From positions 1 to 64,000 of IMG/VR virus record IMGVR_UViG_3300017776_000001: a DNA stretch of 64,000 bases, one strand, 5' to 3'. Under the pieces are notes generated by a model that saw nothing but the letters and a program-made list of their open reading frames with translations, searched no databases and was not told where the DNA came from. A program made the translations under genes and the position numbers. The stretch is from an uncultured virus (IMG/VR IMGVR_UViG_3300017776_000001). Lineage: Duplodnaviria > Heunggongvirae > Uroviricota > Caudoviricetes. Position 1 is the stretch's first letter; each line of letters starts with the position of its first letter. This document shows positions 46,844 to 56,277 of this stretch, in pieces.

Positions 46844-49084
46844 ATGTCAAATGAAACATATATTAATACAGGGACTAGTTTTCAACAACCCTTCAATGAT
46901 AGAAGACCTGTACAACAAAGTTACCAATATAACAATCAAGAAAATAGACAGAGACCTGTACAACAAAATTATCAGTACAACAACGTAGAGAATAGACAGA
47001 GACCTGCTAGACAATCGTATCAATACAATAACGTAGAGAACAGACAAAGACCAGCTAGACAGTCATATCAATACAATAACGTAGAGAGCAGACAGAGACC
47101 AACAAGACAGTCTTATCAGTACCATAATAGAGTACAACAAAATACTCAACAAGATTACACTTATCATAATAGGACACAACAACCGAATCAGCAGAACTAT
47201 ACCTATCATAATAGAGTAGATAGACAACGTCCTGTACAACAAAATTATCAGTATCATAATAGAGTAAATAGACAAAGACCTGCTCGACAACCTTACACTT
47301 ATCACAACCGTGTTCAACAAGATACTCAGCAAACTTATCAGTATCATAATAGGATTCCAACCACTACTCAACAAGAATACACTTATCACAATCGTGTTCA
47401 ACAAAATACTCAACAAACGTATGTGTACCATAATAGAATACAAGAAAGCACTCAGCAAAATTATCAGTACAACAACGTAGAGTCAAAACAAAGACCTGTT
47501 AGGAATCAAGCACACCAAAATTACATTCATTACATGCAAGTTTATGGGGGTTCAGGAGATACAGCTGCTATTAAGATGGAAACACCATATGGTCAGGTAA
47601 CTAATACGATACCATCTTTTGAGTTCATGGGGTTTCCAATGCAAGAACAACGTACCGTAAGTGGAAGTCAATATACGTTCCAAGCAAGACAAGCATCGGG
47701 TAATGCACATGAAGGAGACTCATTTAGGGGTGCAATGTTCTTCAGAGGGCCACAGTATAGCTTACAAGGAACTCAGTCACCATACTATGAAGGTGCGGGG
47801 CCACAGGGAAATCATACAAATTATACACAGTGGGAGATGCAAGGATTTTCTTTTGAGGGACAGTTCCAAAGACAATGGACAGGACGTTTAAGATACACAG
47901 GAAAGAATACTAAGTTTGCAGCTCACATGGAAGCTACTGATACTGTGCAAAACCAAACCGTCCCCAATCCTCAAAGACAAGGACATCCTCAGGGACAGGG
48001 GAATCAAGGACTTGAATTTCTTTCTCAACATCCAAATAATTCTCAATATGGAATTACAATTACCAGTGGTCAGTATACAAGATTGGGGTGGGAACATGAG
48101 GGGTCATTTAATTCTCAGGTTCAATCACCAGTTAACCCCCGAAATATTCCTCAAACAGCGTTGAGAAATAAAGGAACCTTTGTAAGAGTGAGACCCCGTG
48201 GTTATGCAAGACAAGAACAATTTACTACAGGTGTTGCTTTAGATTTTGCATCAGTAGCTGCACAAGGTCTTGATTATCAGGTACCTACTGCAAATCTTAA
48301 TGATAAACAACAACCTGCTCAACAAACTTATTCATACCATAATCAATTACCTAGAAGAAGACCCGTTAGAACTCAACGAAACGAAGATTCAGATAGACAA
48401 AGACCAGTAAGAGTACAAACACTTTCATCTGAAACAAAACGTAGACCAACTACAGTACAACAATTACAACGTGTATCTAGACGAAGACCAGTTAGAAATC
48501 AAGTCAATCAGGCTAATGAACAACAAAGAAATATACAACAAACATATCAGTATAATAATATTGTAACTAAACAACGTCCTGTACAACAAACTTATCCATA
48601 TAATAATGTTGAGACTAGACAAAGACCTGTTAGAAATCAAGTTAATGAAGATGTGACTAGACAAAGACCTGCTAGGGTTGCAGTATTACAAAGAGTTTCT
48701 AGACAAAAGAATTTGCAACAAACATATTCTTATCACAATCAGGTTCCTAGAAGAAAATCTGTACAACAGACTTATAGTTATCATAACAGAGTAACAAGAC
48801 AAAAGAATTTACAACAGACTTATAGTTATCATAATCAGGTTCCAAGACGTAGACCAGTACAACAGACTTATAATTATCATAATCAGGTTCCAAGACGTAG
48901 ACCAGTGAGACAACCATTCCCTTCAACAAGACCTATAGGGCCTCTTGCAAAGGTTAAACAAATTTGGATTAATGAAGGTGGAGTGTTAAGAAAAATGGAT
49001 GAAGTGTACTTAAATGATAGTGGAACATTGAAAAAGACTCATCAAAGTGTACCAACTTCTCAATTAACAGACCCGAACACTTAA
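46844..49084 (+). CDS. Mirror-repeat protein A (putative hairpin-stalk adhesin)
   Basis: 13 repeat units (46913-47500), 273 aa core (47501-48319), 13 repeat units (48320-48907), C-terminal KVKQIWINEGG...DEVYLNDSG module. Confidence 0.85.
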   Translation: MSNETYINTGTSFQQPFNDRRPVQQSYQYNNQENRQRPVQQNYQYNNVENRQRPARQSYQYNNVENRQRPARQSYQYNNVESRQRPTRQSYQYHNRVQQNTQQDYTYHNRTQQPNQQNYTYHNRVDRQRPVQQNYQYHNRVNRQRPARQPYTYHNRVQQDTQQTYQYHNRIPTTTQQEYTYHNRVQQNTQQTYVYHNRIQESTQQNYQYNNVESKQRPVRNQAHQNYIHYMQVYGGSGDTAAIKMETPYGQVTNTIPSFEFMGFPMQEQRTVSGSQYTFQARQASGNAHEGDSFRGAMFFRGPQYSLQGTQSPYYEGAGPQGNHTNYTQWEMQGFSFEGQFQRQWTGRLRYTGKNTKFAAHMEATDTVQNQTVPNPQRQGHPQGQGNQGLEFLSQHPNNSQYGITITSGQYTRLGWEHEGSFNSQVQSPVNPRNIPQTALRNKGTFVRVRPRGYARQEQFTTGVALDFASVAAQGLDYQVPTANLNDKQQPAQQTYSYHNQLPRRRPVRTQRNEDSDRQRPVRVQTLSSETKRRPTTVQQLQRVSRRRPVRNQVNQANEQQRNIQQTYQYNNIVTKQRPVQQTYPYNNVETRQRPVRNQVNEDVTRQRPARVAVLQRVSRQKNLQQTYSYHNQVPRRKSVQQTYSYHNRVTRQKNLQQTYSYHNQVPRRRPVQQTYNYHNQVPRRRPVRQPFPSTRPIGPLAKVKQIWINEGGVLRKMDEVYLNDSGTLKKTHQSVPTSQLTDPNT
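46913..48907 (+). repeat. Two coding tandem arrays of 42/48 bp units flanking a unique core
   Basis: Units QQxYxY(H/N)NxxxRxRPV (16 aa) and 14 aa variants. Confidence 0.95.
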
Positions 49085-49089
49085 AGTTG

Positions 49090-49097
49090 TATAAATA
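49090..49097 (+). promoter_or_regulatory. T4 late promoter
   Basis: TATAAATA. Confidence 0.75.
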
Positions 49098-49102
49098 GTT
49101 AT

Positions 49103-49435
49103 ATGGCAATCATAGCAAACATATTTATAGACCAAGGTACCGATTTCGAAGTTACTATCGATGTCTCTGATACCAGTGACAATATCATAGACTTATCAGG
49201 GTACACTGCCTCTGCACAAATAAGAAAAACATATGGTTCTGAAACCATTGCAGAAACTTTTGGTACATCCATAACTGCATCAACTGGTAAGGTAACACTT
49301 ACTCTTACGGATACTCAAACCACTGGTTTGAAAAGTGGTAGATATGTTTATGATTTAGTAATAACAGATGCCTCAGGAACAAAGACTAGAGTCATTGAGG
49401 GACAAGCAATAATAACACCCGGCGTAACAAGGTAG
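49103..49435 (+). CDS. Virion structural/adaptor protein
   Basis: NIFIDQGTDF, DLSGYTASAQIRK, GRYVYDL, RVIEG...TPGVT. Confidence 0.8.
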   Translation: MAIIANIFIDQGTDFEVTIDVSDTSDNIIDLSGYTASAQIRKTYGSETIAETFGTSITASTGKVTLTLTDTQTTGLKSGRYVYDLVITDASGTKTRVIEGQAIITPGVTR

Positions 49436-49445
49436 GGTTTATAAA

Positions 49446-49697
49446 ATGGCTATAAAAGCAAAGATATCAGGGAACGCAAGTAACGTGACATTAAAATCAA
49501 GACTATTACAATCAACAGGCATTAAAGCAAAGCAAGTTGCAATCGGAGACTCTTCTACTGGAGGAGGTAGTAGTGTAAATTCGATAAGTGATATCGCAGA
49601 CGTGAATGCAACAGAAACCGATAAAGGTTTACTAAACTATAATGCTGAAACAGATAGATGGGAAACCACTACAGTTATTGATGGTGGAACATTCTAG
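49446..49697 (+). CDS. Small fibre-associated protein
   Basis: ISDIADV...LLNYN....W; ends IDGGTF. Confidence 0.7.
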   Translation: MAIKAKISGNASNVTLKSRLLQSTGIKAKQVAIGDSSTGGGSSVNSISDIADVNATETDKGLLNYNAETDRWETTTVIDGGTF

Positions 49698-49700
49698 TAT

Positions 49701-49708
49701 TATAAATA
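49701..49708 (+). promoter_or_regulatory. T4 late promoter
   Basis: TATAAATA. Confidence 0.75.
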
Positions 49709-49846
49709 CTTACACAAATCAAGGTGTCAGACAGTGAGACACGACCCACATTGTGAGTGGACTGCAATATAATGATAATCTAATTCTATACAAATAGAAT
49801 TTACGTAAATTTTAAAACAATATATTAATTTTTTCAGGAGAAAAAA

Positions 49847-51448
49847 ATGGCAACAGTAATTCAAATTAAAAGGTCTACTGGTAGTGCTAATCCCGCAATT
49901 TCTGATTTAGCAGAAAGTGAATTAGCCTACGTTCAGGATAGGTCAGGAACTGGTGCGAACGCAACTCTCTTCATAGAATCACATGACGGTACAAGTGCAG
50001 TTATTCACGAAATCGGTGGTAAGTACTATACAGACATGTTGGCTGGTTCAACACCAACACCTTCAGACTTCATAGTAGGTAACGGTGCAACAGCTGGTGC
50101 ATCTATTAAGTTGAGAGAAGATTCAGACAACGGAACAAATTTCGTTGCTCTAAAATCACCCGACACATTGGGTTCAAACCTCACATTAACATTACCATCT
50201 TCAGATGGTTCAAACGGACAAGTACTTGGAACCGATGGTTCAGGAGCATTGTCTTTCGTATCAACAACTTCATCAATCGCAGGTGCATCTGATACAGATA
50301 TTTCAGCACCAGCATCAGGACACATTCTTGTCCATGACGGTTCAGACTCATTTGATAACGTAGCAGTTTCAGGTGACGTAACACTTGCATCTAATGGTGC
50401 AATGACAATCGGTTCAGGTGTAGTTGAAAATGGCATGATAGCTGCAGACGCAGTAACAGGTGCTAAAATCGCAGACGACGCTATTGATTCAGAACATCTT
50501 GCAGATGGTTCAATCGATACAGCTCACATTGCAAATGGACAAGTAACATTTGGTAAACTTGCAGCTGCAGCGGTTGTAATCGAATCAGAAGGTATCGGTT
50601 CAAACGATAACGACACAACAATTCCTACTTCAGCGGCAGTAAAAAACTATGTTGATACTAACGTAACAGCACAAGATGTAGACTTTGCTGGTGATTCAGG
50701 AACAGGTGCAGTCGATTTAGATTCACAATCACTTACAATTCAAGGTACAAATAACGAAATTGAAACAAGTGCAAGTGGACAAACTTTAACAGTTGGTCTA
50801 CCTAACGATGTAACTATTTCAAATAACTTAACAGTTTCAGGAAACTTAATATCAGACGATATTACAACTGCAACATTAACAACTTCAGGTAACCTTACAG
50901 TAACAGGTAACTTAAGTGTTAACGGTACAACAACAACTGTTAATTCAACAACAGTATCAATTGCAGACCCAATTTTTGAAATTGGTGATGATAGTTCAGA
51001 TGATAATCTAGACAGAGGTATCAAATTTAAGTACAACTCAGGTGGTACTAAACTTGGGTTCTTTGGTATGGACGATACAGATGCTAAATTTAAGTTTATT
51101 GCAGATGCAACAGACACAAGTTCAGTATTCTCAGGTTCACTAGGTAACGTTGCATTCGGTAATGCCGAAGTAGCAGCTTTATCATTAAGTGGTTCTATCT
51201 CATCATACGCAGGGTCAGCTCCAACAGACGGTCAAATCTTAATTGGTGACACTTCAGGTGGAGTATTCGATGCAGCTACATTGACAGCTGGTGAAGCAAT
51301 AACTATTACTAATGGTGCTGGTGCAATTACACTAGCTGCTGAAGACGCAACTACATCTAATAAAGGTGTTGCATCTTTCTCAAGTAATAACTTCACTGTT
51401 TCAAGTGGTGCTGTAACCGTTACTGCAATTGACGGTGGTACATTTTAA
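49847..51448 (+). CDS. Tail fibre protein
   Basis: MATVIQIKRS...ELAY N-terminus; GNLTVTG...DRGI module; ends IDGGTF. Confidence 0.85.
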   Translation: MATVIQIKRSTGSANPAISDLAESELAYVQDRSGTGANATLFIESHDGTSAVIHEIGGKYYTDMLAGSTPTPSDFIVGNGATAGASIKLREDSDNGTNFVALKSPDTLGSNLTLTLPSSDGSNGQVLGTDGSGALSFVSTTSSIAGASDTDISAPASGHILVHDGSDSFDNVAVSGDVTLASNGAMTIGSGVVENGMIAADAVTGAKIADDAIDSEHLADGSIDTAHIANGQVTFGKLAAAAVVIESEGIGSNDNDTTIPTSAAVKNYVDTNVTAQDVDFAGDSGTGAVDLDSQSLTIQGTNNEIETSASGQTLTVGLPNDVTISNNLTVSGNLISDDITTATLTTSGNLTVTGNLSVNGTTTTVNSTTVSIADPIFEIGDDSSDDNLDRGIKFKYNSGGTKLGFFGMDDTDAKFKFIADATDTSSVFSGSLGNVAFGNAEVAALSLSGSISSYAGSAPTDGQILIGDTSGGVFDAATLTAGEAITITNGAGAITLAAEDATTSNKGVASFSSNNFTVSSGAVTVTAIDGGTF

Positions 51449-51473
51449 TTAGTAGTTATAACTTGGAGGAAGC

Positions 51474-52298
51474 ATGGCAACAGTAATTCAGTTTAAACGT
51501 TCAGCTACTCAGAACGCTGTTCCTAATACTGGTGATTTATCACTAGGGGAATTAGCTGTAAACACTTATCACGGTAGGTTTTACACTGAGAAGAATGACG
51601 GTTCTGCATCTGTAGTCGAATTAGGTTCAAACCCAACGAGTTTGACACTCAATGATGCTTACTCTTTTCCAACCAGTGATGGTTCGGCAAACCAAGTACT
51701 TAAAACCGATGGAAGTGGTACATTAACATTTGCTAACGCAGGTAATGTGTATTCCACGTTCACATATAGTGTAACAGGAAACCAAACAGTATTTACTGGA
51801 AATGATGACAATGGTAATTCATTATCATATACATCAGGTGGTGAAAACGTATACTTAAACGGTGTTAAGTTGATTGGGGGTGGTACAGATTATACAACTA
51901 CTAACTCAACCACTATCACTTTAACAGAAAACGCAGTAAGTGGAGATACATTAGTAATTAATAATATCTCTAACACTAGTGATTTAGTTGAAGGTAACCA
52001 TACAGAATCATCGTTCACTGCAACGACAGCTGACCAACTTTTACAGTCAGTTTCAACATCAATTAAGAGTATAAGATTTTTTGTGACAGCAACACACGCT
52101 TCAGCAGGAACTCACTCTTGTGATGTTATCATTGCAAATGATGGTACTAATGCATATTATTCACAGTTTGGTGATGTCCATACTGGTAACTCTTTGTTTA
52201 CATTGAGTGTAGATGTTAATTCAGGAAATATGAGATTACTCGTAACTCCTGCTAACACTAATACCACAATAGACACGTTCCAAATTAGACATTCATAA
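51474..52298 (+). CDS. Tail fibre-associated protein
   Basis: MATVIQFKRS...GELAVN N-terminus; FPTSDG..QVLKTDG; C-terminal beta domain shared with the next two genes. Confidence 0.8.
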   Translation: MATVIQFKRSATQNAVPNTGDLSLGELAVNTYHGRFYTEKNDGSASVVELGSNPTSLTLNDAYSFPTSDGSANQVLKTDGSGTLTFANAGNVYSTFTYSVTGNQTVFTGNDDNGNSLSYTSGGENVYLNGVKLIGGGTDYTTTNSTTITLTENAVSGDTLVINNISNTSDLVEGNHTESSFTATTADQLLQSVSTSIKSIRFFVTATHASAGTHSCDVIIANDGTNAYYSQFGDVHTGNSLFTLSVDVNSGNMRLLVTPANTNTTIDTFQIRHS

Positions 52299-52311
52299 GG
52301 AGGATTAGAAC

Positions 52312-52722
52312 ATGGCAAAATCAAATGCATTTAAATTAGCTGAACTAATCCGTGGGATTCAATTCGATGTTGACAATGATAAAATTGTTACAGCGAAAAA
52401 AGTTGAAACCAAAAATACTAAGAGAGAGTCATCTACGACAACATCGACAGATGCATTCTCATTAGATACCTTTGCAAAAGCAACCTACAGGGCTGCAAGA
52501 TATATTGTAGTAATGTCTAAAGGTACGGATTACCATTCTACAGAAGTTATGTTAGTACATGATGGTACTACAGTTACTTTAACTCAGTACGGTACATTGA
52601 AGTCAACACCGTTAGCTACATTTGACGCAGATATTTCGGGAGATGACGTAAGATTACGTGTGACCCCAGCATCAAATGCTAGTACAACGTTCAAATTTGA
52701 CAGAACAGTAGTAGACGCGTAA
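52312..52722 (+). CDS. Virion structural protein
   Basis: LDTF...YRAARY...YHSTEVMLVHDG...QYG domain. Confidence 0.75.
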   Translation: MAKSNAFKLAELIRGIQFDVDNDKIVTAKKVETKNTKRESSTTTSTDAFSLDTFAKATYRAARYIVVMSKGTDYHSTEVMLVHDGTTVTLTQYGTLKSTPLATFDADISGDDVRLRVTPASNASTTFKFDRTVVDA

Positions 52723-52740
52723 CAGTTCAGAGAACTAATT

Positions 52741-52769
52741 AAGGGGGAACTTAGGTTCCCCTTTTTTTT
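52741..52769 (+). terminator. Rho-independent terminator
   Basis: AAGGGGGAAC-TTAG-GTTCCCC followed by T8. Confidence 0.88.
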
Positions 52770-52783
52770 GCCCTTACAAAATG

Positions 52784-52791
52784 CATAAATA
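52784..52791 (+). promoter_or_regulatory. T4-type late promoter variant
   Basis: CATAAATA directly after the terminator. Confidence 0.6.
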
Positions 52792-52822
52792 GTATTAGAT
52801 TCAACATTATGGATTATATTAA

Positions 52823-53569
52823 ATGGGAATAAAGAAGAAATTTTTAGCAGACTACGGTGAAGAAATACATGGTGACTTAGATGTTACTGGAGATGTTTCT
52901 GTGTCAGGTGGTTTGACAATATTAGGAACAACGACTACTATAGATTCGGTTACCAAATCGGTTGATACATCTATGTTTGAACTTGCTAATGCAAATACAT
53001 CCCAAGACTTGATTGACTTTGGTATATACGGTAACTATAATGACGGTCTATCAGATGGAGGTGCAAGTGAGTTTTCAGGTTTGTTTAGAGATGCAACTGA
53101 TTCCACATGGAAATTATTTGATGGACTAGAAATAGAACCGACAACAACAGTAGACACTGAAGGAACTGGATGGTCTTTTGCAGACCTAAAGGTAGGTGAT
53201 TTAGAATCGACAGGAACATTAACTGCAGTAGGGCCACTCAACTTACAGAATTTAAGAATGGATGCAAACAATACATTGACTACTACTGCAACAGATGAGG
53301 TAGAACTAGATAGTTTTCCATTGTTATCATATAGAAGTGGAAAATATCATGTACAAGCTTCACAAGGAACAAATTTTCATGCATGTGAAATTATGGTAAT
53401 ACATGATTCATCAAGTGCATCACACCAAGTGTATGGAAGTGTAACCACAAATGGAGAGTTGTTTACAACATCAGTAGATACAAATTCAGGAGATGTCAGA
53501 GTCAAAGTTACACCATCATCATCGAGTTCAACAGTATTCAAAATAAGTAGAAATTTATTAACAGTATGA
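52823..53569 (+). CDS. Virion structural/fibre protein
   Basis: GGLTILG...DFGIYG...GLFRDATD module plus LDSF...YRSGKY...EIMVIHD domain. Confidence 0.78.
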   Translation: MGIKKKFLADYGEEIHGDLDVTGDVSVSGGLTILGTTTTIDSVTKSVDTSMFELANANTSQDLIDFGIYGNYNDGLSDGGASEFSGLFRDATDSTWKLFDGLEIEPTTTVDTEGTGWSFADLKVGDLESTGTLTAVGPLNLQNLRMDANNTLTTTATDEVELDSFPLLSYRSGKYHVQASQGTNFHACEIMVIHDSSSASHQVYGSVTTNGELFTTSVDTNSGDVRVKVTPSSSSSTVFKISRNLLTV

Positions 53570-53624
53570 TAACCTTTAGGGGATTGGTTCTCCTAAATAC
53601 ATTCATACAAACAGGGGATTTTTA

Positions 53625-53960
53625 ATGGCAACAGCAAACTTTACAATCGATTATGGTTTGACAGTTGGTTCATCTGAAGTAATCACATCTAGTGGTAAAG
53701 TAGTGGCAGCTGCAGTATCAACTTTGACAACTGATAATTTAACACAGGGGTCGACAAATCTGTATTTTACAGGTTCACAGTTTAATACATCTTTTGCTTC
53801 TAAAGACACAGACGATTTATCAGAAGGGTCATCAAACCTTTACTTCACAGATACTAGAGCGAGAGGTTCTATATCTTTAGCATCAGGTGAAACCAATTTA
53901 TCTTATAACAGCACAAGTGGTGAACTATCATTACCAACAGTTGATGGAGGTACATTCTAA
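53625..53960 (+). CDS. Small fibre-associated protein
   Basis: TDDLSEGSSNLYFT repeats; ends VDGGTF. Confidence 0.75.
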   Translation: MATANFTIDYGLTVGSSEVITSSGKVVAAAVSTLTTDNLTQGSTNLYFTGSQFNTSFASKDTDDLSEGSSNLYFTDTRARGSISLASGETNLSYNSTSGELSLPTVDGGTF

Positions 53961-56263
53961 TGGCAGGTGAAAAGAATTTTAACGTCAAGAATGGTCTATC
54001 GGTTGCTGGAACAGAAGTCATTCAAACAGATGGAACTTATGTAGGTTCCATTTCTGCAACTGCACTTAACGAAAGTGTAGACGATAGAGTTGCAAACCTC
54101 TTACAAGCAGGAGCTGGTATTGGATTATCATACGATGATGCAAATAACCAATTAACAATCACAGGTAATGTTGGTGATATCACTGGTGTTAACGCAGGTG
54201 CTGGTTTAACAGGTACTGCAACTTCAGGTGATGCAACATTAAACATTGGTGCTGGTACAGGTATTACTGTAAATGCAGATGACATTGCAATCAACTTTAA
54301 AGACGAAGACAACATGTCTTCAAACAGTGCAATACACGCTGCAACACAACAATCAATTAAAGCATATGTAGATTCCCAAGTATCAAGTAAAGACAACACA
54401 GACGAAATTACAGAAGGAAGTTCAAACCTCTACTATACAAATGAAAGAGTAGATGACAGAGTAAGTTCATTACTTACCGAAGGAAGTGGTATATCATTAA
54501 CATATGATGATACAGCTAACACACTTACAGTTGCAAATACAAACTCTGCAGATATTACAGCAGTAACAGCAGGAAATGGTTTGACTGGTGGTGGAACTTC
54601 AGGTGCAGTGTCACTTGCAGTTCAAGTTGATGACAGTTCATTAGAACTTGCATCAGATACAGTTCAAGTAAAAGCAGGTGGTATCACTAATGATATGTTA
54701 GCAGGTTCTATTGTAAATGGAAAACTTGCAAACAATTCAATATCAGTTAACTCAACTTCCGTATCCCTTGGTGGTTCTGTTACTTTAGACACTGGTGATA
54801 TTTCAGAAAATGGAAATCTATACCATACATCAGAAAGAGTTGACGATAGAGTCAATGCATTAATTACTGCTGGTACCAATATAACAACATCATATGATGA
54901 TGCAGCTGGTACACTTACAATTAACTCTTCAGGTAAAACACAAGAACAAATAGAAGACATCGTAAATGGTTTAGTAGTTGGTGGAACAAACATCACTTCT
55001 ACATACGATGATACAAATGGTACACTTACACTTGCTGGTTTATCAAATGGAGATATCAGAGGTTTATTATCTGCAACTGGAGATTTATCATACAACAGTA
55101 CTACAGGTGCATTCTCATTCACAGAAAGAACAAATGCAGAAGTAAGAGGTTTATTCTCAGCAGGTGGTGACTTAGCATACAACAGCACAACAGGTGCATT
55201 TAGTGTAACAAAATTCACAACTGCAAATGCAAGAAGTTCAATTTCAGCAGGTGGTGATTTAGCATACAATTCAAGTACTGGTGTTATCTCATACAGTGAA
55301 CCTACAATGTATGCAGACTCAGATGCAAGAGGAGCTATATCAGTAACAGACTCAGGTGGAGACGGTTCACTTGCATATAATTCTTCTACTGGTGTTATCA
55401 CATACACAGGCCCAAGTGCATCAGAAGTTCGAGCTCATCTAAGTGCTGGAACTGGTGTTGGATTCTCAGGTGGTGCATTTAGTATCGGTCAGGCAGTCGC
55501 AACAAACAGTAATGTAACATTTGCAGATGTAAATGCAAGTGGTGATTTAGTAGTCACAGGTGACTTAACAGTTAATGGGTCAACAGTTACCAACAGTGCA
55601 TCAAATACAACAATCGAAGATGCATTGATTGAACTTGGTTCAGGTAACACAGGTTCAAACTCTAATGACTTAGGTCTTATCCTCGAAAGAGGTTCAACTG
55701 GTGATAATGTATTCATGGGTTGGGACGAAAGTTCAGATAGAGTTAGATTTGCAACTACAACAGCAACAGGTTCATCCAGTGGTGCATTAACACTTACTAA
55801 TGCAAACATACAAGCAGGAAGACTTTACGGTGCTGTTACAGGTAACGTAACTGGTAATGCAGACACAGCTTCTGCATGGGCAGATGCAAGAACTATCTCT
55901 TTAGGTGGTGACCTTACAGGTTCCGTATCTATAGATGGTAGTGCAAACGCAACACTTAATGCAACAGTTGGTTCAAATGCAGTTGCATTAGGTTCAAACA
56001 CAACAGGAAATTACGTATCAGGAATATCAGGAACCTCAAATGAGATTACAATCTCAGGTTCAGGTAGTGAAAATGCAACAGTAACAATAGGTCTACCCGA
56101 TGATGTAACTATCGGTGATGCATTATCAGTTACTGGTAAAGGTACTACAGATTTTACAACAATCGGTAGTTCAGACGGAGCATTTAGAAATACTTTCATA
56201 CATTCAGCAGGCCCATCAGGAAGTGATGGACAAGTCGGTGATGTATGGATAACTTACTCATAA
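53960..56263 (+). CDS. Tail fibre protein
   Basis: ERVDDRV...YDD repeats, GDLAYNSTTG repeats; ends GPSGSDGQVGDVWITYS. Confidence 0.85.
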   Translation: MAGEKNFNVKNGLSVAGTEVIQTDGTYVGSISATALNESVDDRVANLLQAGAGIGLSYDDANNQLTITGNVGDITGVNAGAGLTGTATSGDATLNIGAGTGITVNADDIAINFKDEDNMSSNSAIHAATQQSIKAYVDSQVSSKDNTDEITEGSSNLYYTNERVDDRVSSLLTEGSGISLTYDDTANTLTVANTNSADITAVTAGNGLTGGGTSGAVSLAVQVDDSSLELASDTVQVKAGGITNDMLAGSIVNGKLANNSISVNSTSVSLGGSVTLDTGDISENGNLYHTSERVDDRVNALITAGTNITTSYDDAAGTLTINSSGKTQEQIEDIVNGLVVGGTNITSTYDDTNGTLTLAGLSNGDIRGLLSATGDLSYNSTTGAFSFTERTNAEVRGLFSAGGDLAYNSTTGAFSVTKFTTANARSSISAGGDLAYNSSTGVISYSEPTMYADSDARGAISVTDSGGDGSLAYNSSTGVITYTGPSASEVRAHLSAGTGVGFSGGAFSIGQAVATNSNVTFADVNASGDLVVTGDLTVNGSTVTNSASNTTIEDALIELGSGNTGSNSNDLGLILERGSTGDNVFMGWDESSDRVRFATTTATGSSSGALTLTNANIQAGRLYGAVTGNVTGNADTASAWADARTISLGGDLTGSVSIDGSANATLNATVGSNAVALGSNTTGNYVSGISGTSNEITISGSGSENATVTIGLPDDVTIGDALSVTGKGTTDFTTIGSSDGAFRNTFIHSAGPSGSDGQVGDVWITYS

Positions 56264-56277
56264 GAGTTTAATATAAT

